Positions 48,421-62,062 of a DNA stretch of 64,000 bases are shown piece by piece. The stretch is from contig OZ316892.1 of NCBI GenBank assembly GCA_973895155.1, positions 18,900,357 to 18,964,356 on the forward strand, read 5' to 3'. The notes below the pieces were generated by a model. That model ran no database searches. It saw nothing but the letters and a program-made list of their open reading frames with translations, and was not told the origin of the DNA. Each line of letters begins with the position of its first letter. Position 1 is the first letter of the stretch. The DNA comes from Marsupella aquatica. Taxonomy: Eukaryota > Plantae > Marchantiophyta. The position numbers and the translations under genes were made by a program.

Positions 48421-50128
48421 AGCGGAGCAGCTAGACGACCAAAAGTTCGACTCCTCCGACGAAACGTGCGGAAAGGCTCTCGAGCTGCGGTTTCGTGTGA
48501 CGACGTGCCGTGTTAAAAGGCGAGATGCCAGCTCCACAAGCGAATGCCATTCCCCAATGAACCCACTCGTAATTCAGTGTTCCTTCATCGACTGTACTGT
48601 GAGTGTAATCCCTCGTCTTTCCACTCTGTCCACCTCCTGCGTTCGTCTTTCGTCGTCAAAACGACGACTTATTACTTTCGGGACACAGGAGACGCAAAAG
48701 GGGAACGAGCTACAGCAAATCAACTCTTCTTCGCACGATGGAGTCTGCGAGATCGAGATCGGGATCGGGCAGAGTGGCAGACCGGGCCCGAAAAGGAAAC
48801 CCTCCCCGCTCAGCCCACAAATCAAAATCACACTACTACTCCACGACCACCTTTTTTCGGGACGGAGCCGGCCCGGAACCCGAAAAAACATCCCGTGCAT
48901 GACCTGCCCGTGTCTCCCGAGACACCCCTCCCAAACATCTTCACGATGAGTTCCATTCACTTTGTGCACCACCTGGAAAAACAAATGCAGGTTCTTAGGG
49001 GTAAAGTTTGAAACTCTTACCGGGCTACATTGCTACAACCACTATGTTGGAAGACCATCCATCCCAACTAGTTCCATTTGGGGAATATTTTTATGCAGCA
49101 GCTGAGGAAAAATGCCCCAACTGCTGCATAAAATTTCTGTGATACAGGTGACCTTCATTAAAGCCCAATCTTCTGGCGAACGAATGGGGGAATTTGGGGC
49201 ATAATTTTACATGATGGACCCCAAAATGAAGTGTGTCACTTGATGGACCCCATAAGTGATAAGACCATTGATAGACCTTAATTCCTTGGTTCCTTGGTGT
49301 TGTTTGAAGAGAAAACTTTGGTTTGGGGTTTTGGTTTGAAATGGGTTTAAAACCTGTTTGGTTAACTCAAACACATCCAGTTTTCAACGCGCTTTGATGC
49401 ATTTGCACAAAGTAATTTTGGTGCAGGGCACCGAGTTGCTGACAGTCACGGTTTGCCGGAAATTCTTTCCCTGCAAAATTCCTGTCAAAGCAATGGTCAC
49501 AAAAAGTAGTGGGTTGAGATGCCCTATTGAGCGAGTCTTTTTCAGTAGCCCAAATTGACTCCAGATTCCATCCCAAATTTGCTAGATTCTACCTCTTCAA
49601 AAAGTCTCAGTAAATTTGCTTATTTCAGTTGTCTTCCTTGAGGCGGTTTTTCCCAATCTAGCCACTGATAGCAATAGCCACAGAATCTGGCCGTCAATAC
49701 TAAATCTGGGGACAATCTGATGGCCAAGAAATAATTTGCGAAAATTAGACAGTAAAATACCTACCGTAGCGTCGAAAAAGAAAACCTTAAAATGACGGTG
49801 TTCCATTGCGTTTCCCGGGAATGAGTGAAATCTTTACCCTGCCCAGCTCGGCTGCGCGGGTCCGGCACTGACCCCGAGGAGGCGAGGAGTGTGAGTGTCG
49901 AGAAGGCGTATACGGTACAGTAAAGTTTTCTGTACGCAGTCTGCACGGGAGTCTCGCGTGTGTCCAGGATTGGGGGACTGACAACGGGCAGCTTCCCAAG
50001 AAAGTGCACTTTTCCTGTTTACTCTGGGCGAGTCTGGTCTGGAGTTCTGGACTGCTTTGCCTGCCCGGCGGGTCCCGGCAAGACGTGGGCACCGTGGCGC
50101 TTCTCTCAGCTAACCGCGGTCTCTCTCG

Positions 50129-50245
50129 GTGTCATATCAAGCGTCCTCCCCCTTCAAGTACCATATCAAGTGCCCTATCAAGTGTCCTCTCCCTTCAGGT
50201 ACCATATCAAGTGTCATATCAAGTGTCCTCTCCCTTTGAGTACCA
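50129..50245. repeat. ~41-bp tandem repeat (about 3 units)
   Basis: CATATCAAGTGTCCTCTCCCTTCAGGTAC units. Confidence 0.85.
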
Positions 50246-50283
50246 TATATATATCCCTATAGCAGCGATTCTGGAGGTTATTC

Positions 50284-50432
50284 CTTGATGGACCCCCAAA
50301 ATCAAACTTTTCTTGACAACCAACCCCATAAGGTTTTGGGGACGGTGATAAACCTCTATCAAAGTCTATCAATGGTCTGGAGCACTCAGGAAGTCCTATC
50401 AAATAATACTTTTCATTGTGGGGTCCATCAAG
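50284..50432. mobile_element. Small MITE-like element (CTTGATGGACCCC TIR family)
   Basis: CTTGATGGACCCC ... GGGGTCCATCAAG; relatives at ~49212, ~53765-53873, ~55396-55550 and ~42566. Confidence 0.65.
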
Positions 50433-52524
50433 CATGTTTTTCAACCATTTTGTAAACAATCAATTCCTAAACAAACAATTAGGTGAGATTAATTAGGATG
50501 CAATCCTAGTCATTCAATGTGGGGACATGACACATTTCATTTTACATGAAATTAGGCACAATCAAGCAAAGGCTTCACCGATCATAGTCATCTACCATTG
50601 GACCCCTTGTGAATCCCTTTTCTAACATGTGTTTATTATCTGGTCCAAAACTTATACTCCTCTTGTGGTGCTCAGAAAAATGGATCAAGTGGCCATTTCT
50701 ATTCAGGGTCTTTGCATTTATTATCTTCTGACCTGACACATATGCCTCCGACATTTTTATTGTTTGAAACTGGCCCTCGTCTTTGCTTGTGGATGGAGAT
50801 AAATTCAACAGACTCCACAGTCTTTTAAAGTCCCCCTTACTGGACCGGTTTCATGACTCTGGAAATAATATGAATCCCCCTCATAGAAAGCCCTGAGATG
50901 TATAATACAGATCCAATCTTGCGCACAATTATTTTTAAGGCCAAGCTCCTTTGGTCTTTGGAGGGAAAGCGAATAATACCCGGCCAGGGTTCAAAAATTT
51001 GCCGACATTTGTACTCTCTTCTCAAACTTTTTGACATTTTCTGTCCCAATGGACATACCCGTACCCGACATTATTTGCCTGCCCGAGTTCACGGGCATCC
51101 AATCAAATCATCCCCGTCCACATTAATGGGCCGTTATCAATCTGATTATCTTGTCCCTGTCTCCCTAGTTAAATGCTAGTACTCTAGTTAAGTTAGATTA
51201 GATTACATCAGAATGGCGTCATTGGCCGGGTGTATCCAGAAGAATATTTCCTTGCCATTTCAGCCGTCGCCTCTCGTCGCTGGACGCCTCAGTGCAAGCA
51301 CTCATCAGGACTTCACTACCTTATAATACCCTCGAGCCATCACGTTCACCCAAACAATTATATAGATTCGTGTCCTACTGACGATATATTTTCGCTTGTG
51401 AAATCTCGAGGTAAGTTCTCAAAGTAATTTTAATAATGTTTTCTGCAACCTGACAATATTGACTTATCAATGTATACACAAAACATTTGTGGGTACTTCT
51501 GAAACCTTCAATGCATCTTTGTGTAAACACGGACTTTTTCAGGTATGTATTATTTTTGAAATTAACTGTCCCTGACAAAATATCTGAGGGTACTTGTGAA
51601 ATATTTGAATAATATTCCATGCGTCTTGATCTATCATTCCAATGTCTACATTATATTTCAAATTAAAATCTTCTTGTCCCACTGAACAAAATACTTGTGA
51701 AACCTCCAATAATTGGAATTTTATACATCTTGATCTAACATTATTTTTCTATGCATACCTTATTTTTTAGATTAAAAATGTAAACAGGCAAATAAATTTT
51801 TTGGCCTCACACTATCCTTCAGATAACAAAAAATTAATGTATTTTGGGCCGGACACATATCAAAATGCCATAATAGATAGTGTGCATTGGTTGATTTAAA
51901 GAAAAATAATAAATTTTATCTCTGATATCAAATGATATCATTTTTTTATGTGTGGTTAACAATACCCTAATGAATCTGCACATGACTATACGATCACCCA
52001 TACATTAAGCAATCTGTTTTAAGGTATGGCTTGCACCAGAAAACAACATATTAAGTATGAGACAAGCTCAACTTCCACCTCCATTGGCCGATTGTGCGCA
52101 GGTAAACTTGCGCAAGGGTTTGACAAGGCGGCCAATTTAGTGCCTGAACTGGCTGGTTTACAATTTGTGTTTGCTACACCTCTCTAACGTTTCATCATTT
52201 GGAGTGGGAGTGTCAAATCGAAATCTGATAACCATTTATTATTGGATGAACCTGGGCTCCCGCCTCTAAATGGGAATTGATCAATTGAGGACACCACAAT
52301 TTATTTATCACATATAAATTTTGACAGAATGGTGTACTGTGTACGAAGCGCTGTGTTGTCAATGAGAGATGCTCAACTGGTCCATCATTGAGAACGTGTT
52401 TCCGATTTGTTCCCATTCCTCTGCACTCAAAGATTCAATGAAGTACACATCAATTGGATTCAGGCAGGAAGGAACTGTACTTTTCCCCACCCGCCAAAGC
52501 GGGCCATGACACCCAATTGAATTC

Positions 52525-54030
52525 GAATATATACTGCACTTTTCTCAGAATTGTGTCAATACTGTCTCAACTCACAAATACTATTTTGAAAACAAAAGCT
52601 CCAATTATACTGTACTTTTCTCAAAATGGTGTCAACACTCAACACTATAAGCCCCAGGTATACAGTACTTTGCTGGGATTGGTTGTCAATACTGTCCCAA
52701 CTCTCAAATACTATATTCGGAAACAAAAGCGCCAAGTATACTCACTGTACTTTTTGCAGACTGGTGGCAATACTGTCCCGACTCTCAAATATAGTTTTAG
52801 AGACAAAGACCCCAAGTATACTCACAGTACGTTCCACAGGATGTGGATGGTGTCAATACTCTCCCCGACTCTCAAATGCTATTTCGAAAAGCAAAAGCCC
52901 CAAGGGTACTGTACTTTTCTCTGAATGGTGTCAATACTGTCCCAAGTCTCAAATACCATTTCGAAAAGCCTATACTGTACTTTTCTCAGAATGGTCAATA
53001 CTGACCCCACTCTCATATACTGATTTGAAAAACAAAAGTTTCAAGTAGACTGTACTTTTCTCAGATACCGTCCATACTGTCCCTACTCTCAAATAGTTGT
53101 TTGGAAAAGTAAAGTCTCCAGTATACTGTACTTTGTTCAGATTGGTGTCAATACTGTCCCGACTCTCAACTACTTTTTGAAATACAAATCTACAGCATAC
53201 TGTACTTTGCTCAGATTGGTGGCAATACTGTTCCGACTCTGAAATGTAATTTGAAAAACGAAAGTCTCAACTACACTGGACTTTCCTCAGAATTGTGGCA
53301 ATATTGTCCCGCCTCTCAAATAGTTTTTTGAAGATCGAGCCTCAGAATTATGTCAATATTATTGTTACAATGCTCAAATACTGTGTTGAAGAAACGAAAG
53401 TCCTCCTTATACTGTACTGTGATCAGATTTGTGTCAATCCTGCCCCAACTCTCAAATACTTTTTGGAAAAACAAATAGCTCAAGCATATTGTACTTTGCT
53501 CAGATTGGTGCGATACTGTCCCGGCCTCAGGTACTTTTTTGAAAAACAAAAGTCTTCAGTATCCTGTACTTTGCTCAAAATTGTGTACAATGCTGTCCCA
53601 ACCCTCAAGTCTCAACCATACCTTTTGGAAAAATAACGTCTCAGTTGTACTGTACTTTGCTCAGACAGTGTGTCACAACCCTCAAATATTGTTTTGAAAG
53701 AAGAAAAGTAAAGGTCGGAACTAGACTGAACTGTGATCAGAATAGTGTCAATACTGCAGATATTTACTTGATGGACCCCCAAATTGAAATGTCTTACTTG
53801 ATAGACCACATGAACTTTTGGGTACATTGATTAGATCTATCAAGAGTCCTGATCACTCATGGTCCATCAAGTAACACTTTGTATTTTCCATCAAGTATCT
53901 CTCTCTTCAATACTGTCCAAACTTTCATATATGTTTTTGAAAAACCAACATCTCAAGTAAACTGTACTTTGATCAGTGTCAATAGTGTACAAACCAGAAA
54001 ATATGTTTTTGAAAAGAAATATCAGATTTC
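52525..54030. repeat. Degenerate ~59-bp satellite array (20+ units; further units to ~54815)
   Basis: TACTGTACTTTGCTCAGATTGGTGTCAATACTGTCCCAACTCTCAAATAC..TTTTGAAAAACAAAAG units. Confidence 0.9.
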
Positions 54031-57000
54031 AGTACTCTGCGACTGCTGGTCCTCTCGATGATGTTTTGGGCTGAATGGCCCTCAGGTTTGTTGTTCTTTG
54101 TTTCTTTTGTTCCCACTTTGACCTCGTGTCCTCAGGCCTGAATGTGTTTGGCCTCGGAGTGACCTTTGGTCCTTGACAGGCATGCAATCTGGCCCTTATA
54201 CTCCCATTTTTCACTGGGTTTTACTTTTTGCACAAGTGTTCCTTTCAAGCACAACAAAGAATTGTGACAATACTGTTCCAATTCTCAACTCTAAAGTATA
54301 CCTTTAGGGGAAAAAAAAACTCCTTACCTGACCATGCTTCGCTCAGAATTCTCTCGATGCTGTCCAAACTCTTCACTGTACTTGCTGAATAATTATTAAA
54401 ATTCTGAACGACTAACAAAATAGCTGAGAGCGCATTTCAAACCTCAGGAGAGTTTGAGTATGTACATTCCAACAACCTTCTAAGTATCAATGTGTAAACA
54501 AGGACTCTTCAATGTATGCATTGCTTTCAAAATAAATTAATTAAAATAAGATAATAATACTTTCGATATTGGCATAGCATTATTTTGGAATACAAACAAA
54601 TTAATATTTCACGCCGTACCACCGAAACAAGATGACGAGTGTATTCTTTACTTTGCTTACTTTGCTGAGAATTGTGTCAATACCTTCTCTAGCTCAGAAT
54701 TATCAAGTACATTGTACTTTTCTCAAAATTGTGCCAATACTGTCCCAACTCTCAAATCTAAACTTTAGTTCTTTTTAAACAAAGAAACGTCTCCACTATA
54801 CTCTACTTTGCTGAGAAATTCTGGATCGTATGAAGAATGGGAAACGGATGCGTACAATGTGGACCGTACATGAGATTCAAATTTTCAAAATCTACCGTAG
54901 ATTACGAATTTGCAATAGTGGTGAGAATACATGTAATCAGGAAGATGTCATGCAACCAACTTTGAAAGTAATGTAGACAATCTGCAAATTTGGAAAGCTT
55001 CAATGGGATCAAACCGTTCAAATCTGGGGCCCAATTCTCGGAGATCAAGGATGAGTTTGGAGAATTGAGTCTACCAATGAGATCGTGGAAATAATGGGGC
55101 TATACTTTTATTTTTCTCGCTGGACTACTTTAATGGTCATTACGCTCCTGCAAAAAGTATTTAGTTAATTAAATTTTGGCACCCAGCTCAAAAATGTGGC
55201 ATCCAAAATTTGTGGGCTGGAAAGATAGGGGCAGTTACCGGAGATGGGCAGGAAATATTCCAGCTGAATTAGAGTTTCCCTTCCAAAACATTGTTTATCT
55301 GTTGAAAAATCCTTTTCAATATAATTATTTAGCGCAAACCAGACTACTCTTTAGGTACTGTAGTCTATCTGTGGCATCAACTTTGGAGGTATTTGTTTGA
55401 TCGACCCCCAAAATGAAACTTGTTATTTGATCGATCCCCTGAGGTCTATCGACGGTCCAGATCTGAGATCAAAAGGTCCATCAATCCAGATTGAGGAAAA
55501 GTATAGAGGGGGTTAATTAAGGAAACTTTTTCCAGAAGGGGTCTATTAAGCATATCTTTCTACTTAGTAATATTGATTTCTGAAAATATAGGACTGTTCT
55601 CTTCAATGAATCATAAATGGAAAGGCATCATGGAGTGAGTGGAGCAATGACATAACCTTGGAGTAATGGAGTCTGGGCAAGCCACAGTTAGAGGCCCGAG
55701 AGTCTCTTTCGAATGTCTGATAATTATGTATGTACTCTATGAATCCTGTAGCAACGGATACGGCGTTTTCAAATTCAAACGATATTATTTATAGGTCCAG
55801 CAAGCAAAGAGGTAATGCAATGGAATCAATGAATCATGAGAAGTGCCAGGCCATGAATACTGCACCTCGTACAAACTTGGGTGGACTCGCTACAGTTTTG
55901 GTGTGATGGGCATTAATTGGATGGCAAATTTGACTGGGCTCTACTGTGCCGCTTGACCTCCTTGTGGTACATTCAATCCCCCCAAAAAAGGAACTTGGAA
56001 AAGAAAATTTGGCTTCCATAACATTTTCTTTTTGTGGTTTTGAATGCATGCTTTAGTAAAGAGATATTGGGATAGACACAAAAATTTGACAAGGTGCTTG
56101 GATGGACTCACAAAACCCTGACAGTCACAAACCATTCTGAGTCTCCATTTCTAACCTTTTGTATCTGTGGGTCGAGTGGCTAACCCTGGCAAAGACTCAT
56201 CGTGGTGGAGGAGAAAATAGCAGAACAAGAGGCCCAGAAATGCCCAGAGTAATTTTCACCTCACTTTAAAAATAGAACATAGAAAAAATAACTCTTCAAA
56301 ATTTTTATGGGTTAAGAGTTAGAACGGCTATAAAACGTTATAATGCCCAAGTACTTCAGTATTGCATTTGTGACTCCATCCCTACTTAAATATTGTCTAC
56401 ATCGTCACCCTAGTTCCATGTCTTTTGCACAAAGTATCATTCTTAGTGTCTGTCTTTAATATTGAACGCTGTCACCACTATATTCTTGCTACGAGTGATG
56501 CAATCGTGCAAGTTTGACTGAGTTGTAGAGGCTACAAGGTTATCCTTCTGTTGCCCTGTGACCTTTCAAATTAGCAGGATTACTGGCAGGTCCTGATTCT
56601 GTTGCCTTGAACATGGATGATGGAGAAGATTGATGTGTATCAGAACCAACAGAGTAAACACAGCAAGGGAAGACAGGATAGTAAAGCTAAGGAGGATAGG
56701 AGCAATATTAGACAGCAGAACAAGGGTCTCCTTGGTATGGGATGACTAGTAGCATTAAGAGTAGACAAAGTTCACTCAAGATGAATAGGAATCATTGGAG
56801 TAGCAAGAAAGAGAGACAAAGTAGGGAGGTGAACTCAGGGAACACTGAGTGGTGGAGTTGTTGGACCAATTGGCCGGACTAGTCGTGTGTGGTTTGGTGT
56901 GCTGCGGGGGGTTGGGTCCTGTTTGTTTCCTTCTTGGGTGGTCTTCGCCCCCTTGCCTGTTATTGACGGCCTCTACGCCCCCCTTTCCAAGAAAAGGGAA

Positions 57001-58272
57001 AGAAAAAAATAATTCAAGAGAGTTTGGAACTAAAAAGAAAAACTGGCAGGTCCATATTCCTTTAACTATTTTTTACTCCCCTCAAGATGTACAGTGAGCT
57101 GGTTTAGCTATTGCCTTATAATTGTCAGTGAAGAAACCACATGTTTTTGCTGTTGGTATTGAAGATGGCCAAGATGAATCCTTGCAAGCTGCTGTGGAGG
57201 AAACTTTTAGAAGACGGACCCAGGCAGACATCAAGCGGGCAAGCAAGGCAGAAAGACGGAAGTTTGGGTCCATATTAATTTTTCAATGTGTAAAACACTG
57301 CTGCATGGAAGACAAGATGGCAGATAAACAGCATGTAGGTTATGAAGTTGCTATATTGCTATAGAGTGAATCCATCTTTCACAATTTATCTTATTCAGAT
57401 TTTGTATCCAATATTTTGATTTTAATGTGCCTTAAAATGGTGAATCATTTTTATTAATTTGATTTTATTAACTTTTTTGACCCATTTTAATTTTAGTGAA
57501 TATAGAGTAATATTGAATGTATTTGGCTCCCCTCATGAATGTTTTTTTTTTCCAATCACTCCTTAGTGTATTGTCTTTTTTCTCATGAGAAAAATGAATT
57601 TGAATAATGTGCACATCTGGTCTACTAAGTTCCCTTTGTGATTTCCATTAGAAATTTATGGTTTTAATTGAGTTTATCTCATTACCTAGAAGCAAGTGAA
57701 AATATGTATTATATGTACACAACTTTTAGGTATCTCTGTATTTTCTTGGTCATAATGTGCATTTCTTTGCATGTGTACTTATGATTTTGTGTGTTGTCAC
57801 ATCACTCTTAATTAATAGAATATCAATTTCTTGGTGTATACTTTACATGCACCTACTTCTTTTATGATAAAATAAATTAAATGGATTACATATCACTACT
57901 ACAGGACAAAAAAAGACATGTTCGAGGATGAACATGCTATATGGGAGAGGTAAAAACAAGCCAATAGCCAAATGCATGAGGAAGCCAGACAGAAGCTCAA
58001 ATGGAAGTTGCAAGGAATGAGAGCAGAATATGTCCTCCGTGAGATTTGTATGCCATTTAGCCCAACAGTCAAAATACTTTAGAGAAACAATTTTCAATAC
58101 TTATTATGAATTAACAATTGCCCTTGGCCCATACAGCATAAATTAAACTGAAGATCTGGAATTCAATCTGGTTCATTGAAGTTATTTGTAGAATGTGCAT
58201 GCTTAAAGGAGATTCATTGTCAGTTTATAGTAAATTATTGGGCAAGTTAAAACTAAATTGAAACTTTCACTA

Positions 58273-58775
58273 CTTGGGGGCCAAAAACAGGGTGAAACTA
58301 GTTTTTTGGTCTCCCCAACAGTGTTGGACCCTTCTCACCACGAGTTAGGCCCCTGTTTCCACTGCATCGCTACCCAGGCACGACATTCCTTGCCTCCATC
58401 ACTGGAAGCTCAGTCCTGGCATTGCTGCACGCAAGCTAAAGCCCTCCATCGCCTCTAGTTGCTGAGAAATACCCAGGCTTCAATCTGCTCACATCCTCTG
58501 CGAGCTGCTTCCGTCCTTTGCTGCACGCTGCTGAGAGTAATCATGCTGCTCCTCTTTGCTGAAGCTGCTTCCCTCCAATGCAAGCTGCGCCGCTCTGCTG
58601 AAGCTGTCCACTGCAAGCTGCTGTGAACCCTAGTAGTAGGCTAACCAAAGTGAACCCCTTAACTCACCTGCTTATTTGCTAAACTATGCTCATGCAGGCC
58701 AACTTTGGGAAAGTTTAAGGAAATTAGGAAAAGTCCAAAAAGAGAATCTGGCCCAGGTTTGGTTTTTGGCCCCTG
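58273..58775. mobile_element. Possible Tc1/mariner-type MITE (~500 bp)
   Basis: TA|CTTGGGGGCCAAAAAC ... GTTTTTGGCCCCTG|TA. Confidence 0.45.
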
Positions 58776-59579
58776 TACATTGCGTATGACTTTATTGACT
58801 ACCGTAGCAAGAAAGACTCACATGAATTGAATTGCCTGGAATATAATCAGGTGAGTTAACCAGTCAGAATTGACACACACGGCATGAATTGATCTGAAGA
58901 CCTGAGGCTTGCTGGAATAGAGTCTGGTGCGTTAACCAGCGAGAGGCAACAAGCTGACGCGGCTTACTGATCCACTCTTTGCAAATACAGCACCTGAAAG
59001 TCTGATCAAGTCAGAGCAAATGGGTTGGACAACTTTTTAATTTTATTAGCTAGTGGGTTTGGTGAACAGCCACCTACAGTAAGGATTGGAGATTTACTTG
59101 AGTAAACCCAGACACAAGAAAAGCCTCCATCAGACCATCAGAAAAAGAAAACTGATACAGTGGTCTCGGCGGCAGCAGTCTGGCCAGAAGAACAAAGACA
59201 GCGCAAAAGGGCAGAGCTCTGGCGAGAAGGAAGGACGACATCACAAAAGGCCCACCGTGCATTCGATGTGGTTTAATGTCTACCATATACCAACTAGCCC
59301 CAGAATTCGGGGCAGGTACGTTGGGGGTTGCGACTCGTCGTCCCACTTCTGTACAGCTGTACCACCGTACTACCGTAGCAATCTTGGGTTCTGGGCACCT
59401 GGCAACTTGACCGGGTACAGTACTATAGAACGATGGCAGAGGCCTACCCTGGTAGTGTTGTGGCGTTTGGGATGGGACTTACATTCTTTTCTGGAAAGGT
59501 GCTTTACACGGTAGTGCTATATTATTAGGGCAGTTACGAATGGCTTTACTCATGTACAACAGCAGTGCCATGCACCGGT

Positions 59580-59963
59580 ATTTCGGTGACGTCTTTGGTT
59601 TGACGAGTCACTCTTGTACAGTGCTATTTTGAGACCAGGTTTGGGAAACGTGCTAAAGGAGGGTGTGTGTGTTTCTCTTTCTTTTCTTTCCCTGAGAAAA
59701 CGAAAAAGGATCAATCTACTAAAAAGGAGTCAAACAAAAGTACAAAGCCAGTCATTTTGCTTGACGAGTCACTTTGCACAGCACTACGTAGAGACCAGGT
59801 TTGGGAAACGTGCTAAAGGAGTGTACGTGGGTGGGCTTGTCTTTCTTTTCCTTCCCAAGAAAACGAAAAAGGATTTTGGTGACGTCTTTGGCTTGACGAG
59901 TCCCATTTCCCAATACTGTTTAGAGACTGGGTTTAGGAAACGTACTTTAAGTGCACGTGAGTG
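59580..59963. repeat. Three related direct-repeat units; the third is interrupted by the non-LTR insertion and resumes at 60853
   Basis: TTGACGAGTC...GAGACCAGGTTTGGGAAACGTGCTAA...AAAACGAAAAAGGA. Confidence 0.8.
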
Positions 59964-60852
59964 CCTTGTGATGCCACAGGTGTCCATCTTCTTCGGTGCA
60001 GTTTGGGAGGTGAAACCATTATTGTTCACGACGCTGTGCGAGATGCGATTGCTCAGGTTCTCTCTGGCTCTTTGGTATGCGTGCGGCGGGAGGTGATACT
60101 CGAGTTACCTGGTCCTCCATCACAGCGGTTACGGGTGGATCTTACCATGGTCCGTGAGGGTCAACGTACTTTGGCAGATGTTGTGGTGGCAAACCCATTG
60201 CGCCAAGACATCATTGAGACAGCGGCAACTACGGCAGGGGCAGCAGCGTCACGTGCGGCAACAACGAAGGAGGCCAAATATGCTGCACGAGCTTCATCCG
60301 ACAGCTTCCTCCCCCTTGCTGTGGAGCTATTTGGGCGTCTTCATCCTCAGTTTGATGGGCTTCTTCGGCAAGCTGCCCGGGATGTTCATGGCCGAATGGG
60401 TCCCACCGGACCCCCGCTTTCTATTTTGACCACGCACTTTCGCCAACGCATTTCAGTCACCTTACAGCGTGCTCAAGCTCGGGCCATCTATCGTCGATCT
60501 CTTACAGTGGGTGCTAGTGTGCCTCCGCAGCGGCTAGCTCCCCTTGAGGATGTTCCACTCCCACTTGCCGATCTAGTTTTGACTCTTGATGTGGACCATT
60601 AGCTTTTTGCCACAATCGGTAGGCATGATGAGGACCTCGGTCCGCTTGGGTTAGTTTTAGTCTCTCTCTCTTTCTTGGTTTTTAGGGGTTCCCTATTGTT
60701 CATTTCTTACTTTTAGTTCCTCTTTCTTGGTGTTTAGTGGTTCCCTTTTGCTCATTTCTTTTTCGATTGGTTTTGTCCACTTGGGCCCTCTTTTGTTTGT
60801 TCATTTGTACTCTGTTTGGTCCCTTTGTATATAAAAAGTGTGTATATTTCTT
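59964..60852 (+). mobile_element. 5'-truncated non-LTR retrotransposon with restriction-like endonuclease (CRE-like)
   Basis: CDATGVHLLRC..GG....HDAVRD, LRVDL, LADVVV, KEAKY, FLPLAVELFG (zinc knuckle plus PD-(D/E)xK-type nuclease); stop at 60602; T-rich 3' UTR; exact TSD CACGTGAGTG at 59954-59963 and 60853-60862. Confidence 0.85.
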
Positions 60853-61679
60853 CACGTGAGTGGGGTTGTCTTTCGTTTCCTTTCCCTTGGAAAACGAGGA
60901 AGGATGCGAAAACAAAAGTATAACGGATTTGGGTGACTTCCACTGTTTGCTAGGATCACCTTCTCCAAATTAGTGTTATTAACATTATTTTTAACCCTAA
61001 ATTTTTTTTTTGTAATCCTTATTAGGGTGAACAGAATGTATCTCTCTATATGCATGGACAAAAACTACAGTAGATATATTCTCAGTTTTAAGCAAACAGA
61101 TTAATTTGGTTTTCTCCAGTTTTATCAGATGTGGGATAGATGTGACCCCCTTGAAGCAGACACCTTCACATCCAGCTTGGTAATCTTTGGAATAGTCAAG
61201 TATTGTACTGAAGTGTCCTTTTAATATGATGGAGGTAGATGTGCTTTCTCATATTTGGCGGCTAAAATTTTGATAGAGAAAATACATTACATGCTATTAA
61301 ATGACATGCTCTTGTGATGTACAAATTGCAGATTTAAGGTGTTTGGCGTTACAACTTCCTTTTACAATCCCCCCCTCCCCCACAACTTCCTTTACAATCC
61401 CCCTCCCCTCCCCTCCCCTCCCCCCTCCCGAAAAATATCAGCACATAAATATCCATGCTTAACCATATGATACTTAGTGATAATGAAAATTTATGGAAAA
61501 ATCATAATCGAGAAGATTCAGAGAAAATGATACAAAATTCTTATGAAAACAACCCTTTTTATCAGAGTAAAAAGGGTATCCAACGATACCAATGAAGTTC
61601 CAATCATAGATATGTATTCAATACATGAGTAGGAGCTCCCATGCAAACTTTTGTCTCCCTGGAAAGATAATAAAACCAA

Positions 61680-61900
61680 TTGGCTTAGGTCAATTGGCTA
61701 GGGGATTTGCCTGGAACTGAGAGGTCCCAGGTTCAATCCCCCTTCCACACACTGGGGTGTGGAGGGTATCTGTGTGTGGAGGGTATCTGTGTGTGGGTGG
61801 GATGGGTTTTGTGGGTGGTGGATTGGGAGTTCTGATTATCTGCTCGGCCCCTGGTTGCCCACTTTGTGGCCCTGATGTAATCCTCTCTCCTTCCTCGTGC
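61680..61900 (+). mobile_element. Putative tRNA-derived SINE
   Basis: A-box-like TGGCTTAGGTCAATTGG and B-box GGTTCAATCCC about 50 nt apart; no complete cloverleaf; 3' end uncertain. Confidence 0.5.
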
Positions 61901-62062
61901 GGGTCCCTGTCAGATCCGTTGGGCTCACCCTGGTCTGGGTTCCCTACAGAAAAACTGTCACATTGGGGTGGGGGGAGTGTAATTGTATTTCCTCCCCATT
62001 TTTTTCAAGACAAAAAGAAAGATAATAAATTTGAAAGGCTGCCAAAACTAACTGCAAGTTAA

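Noticed and set aside
52454-53636. ORFs of 113-156 aa with repeated SILS/YCT motifs
   Set aside because: Translation of the 59-bp satellite; the unit length shifts frame
52525-54030. Repeat array superficially like a CRISPR locus
   Set aside because: Whole units are homologous with no unique spacers, there are no cas genes, and the context is eukaryotic
57100-58100. Possible exon or transposase fragments (57122-57364 +, 57843-58097 -)
   Set aside because: Too short and degenerate to assign
61690-61760. Functional tRNA gene
   Set aside because: B-box and T-arm present, but acceptor and anticodon stems do not pair convincingly
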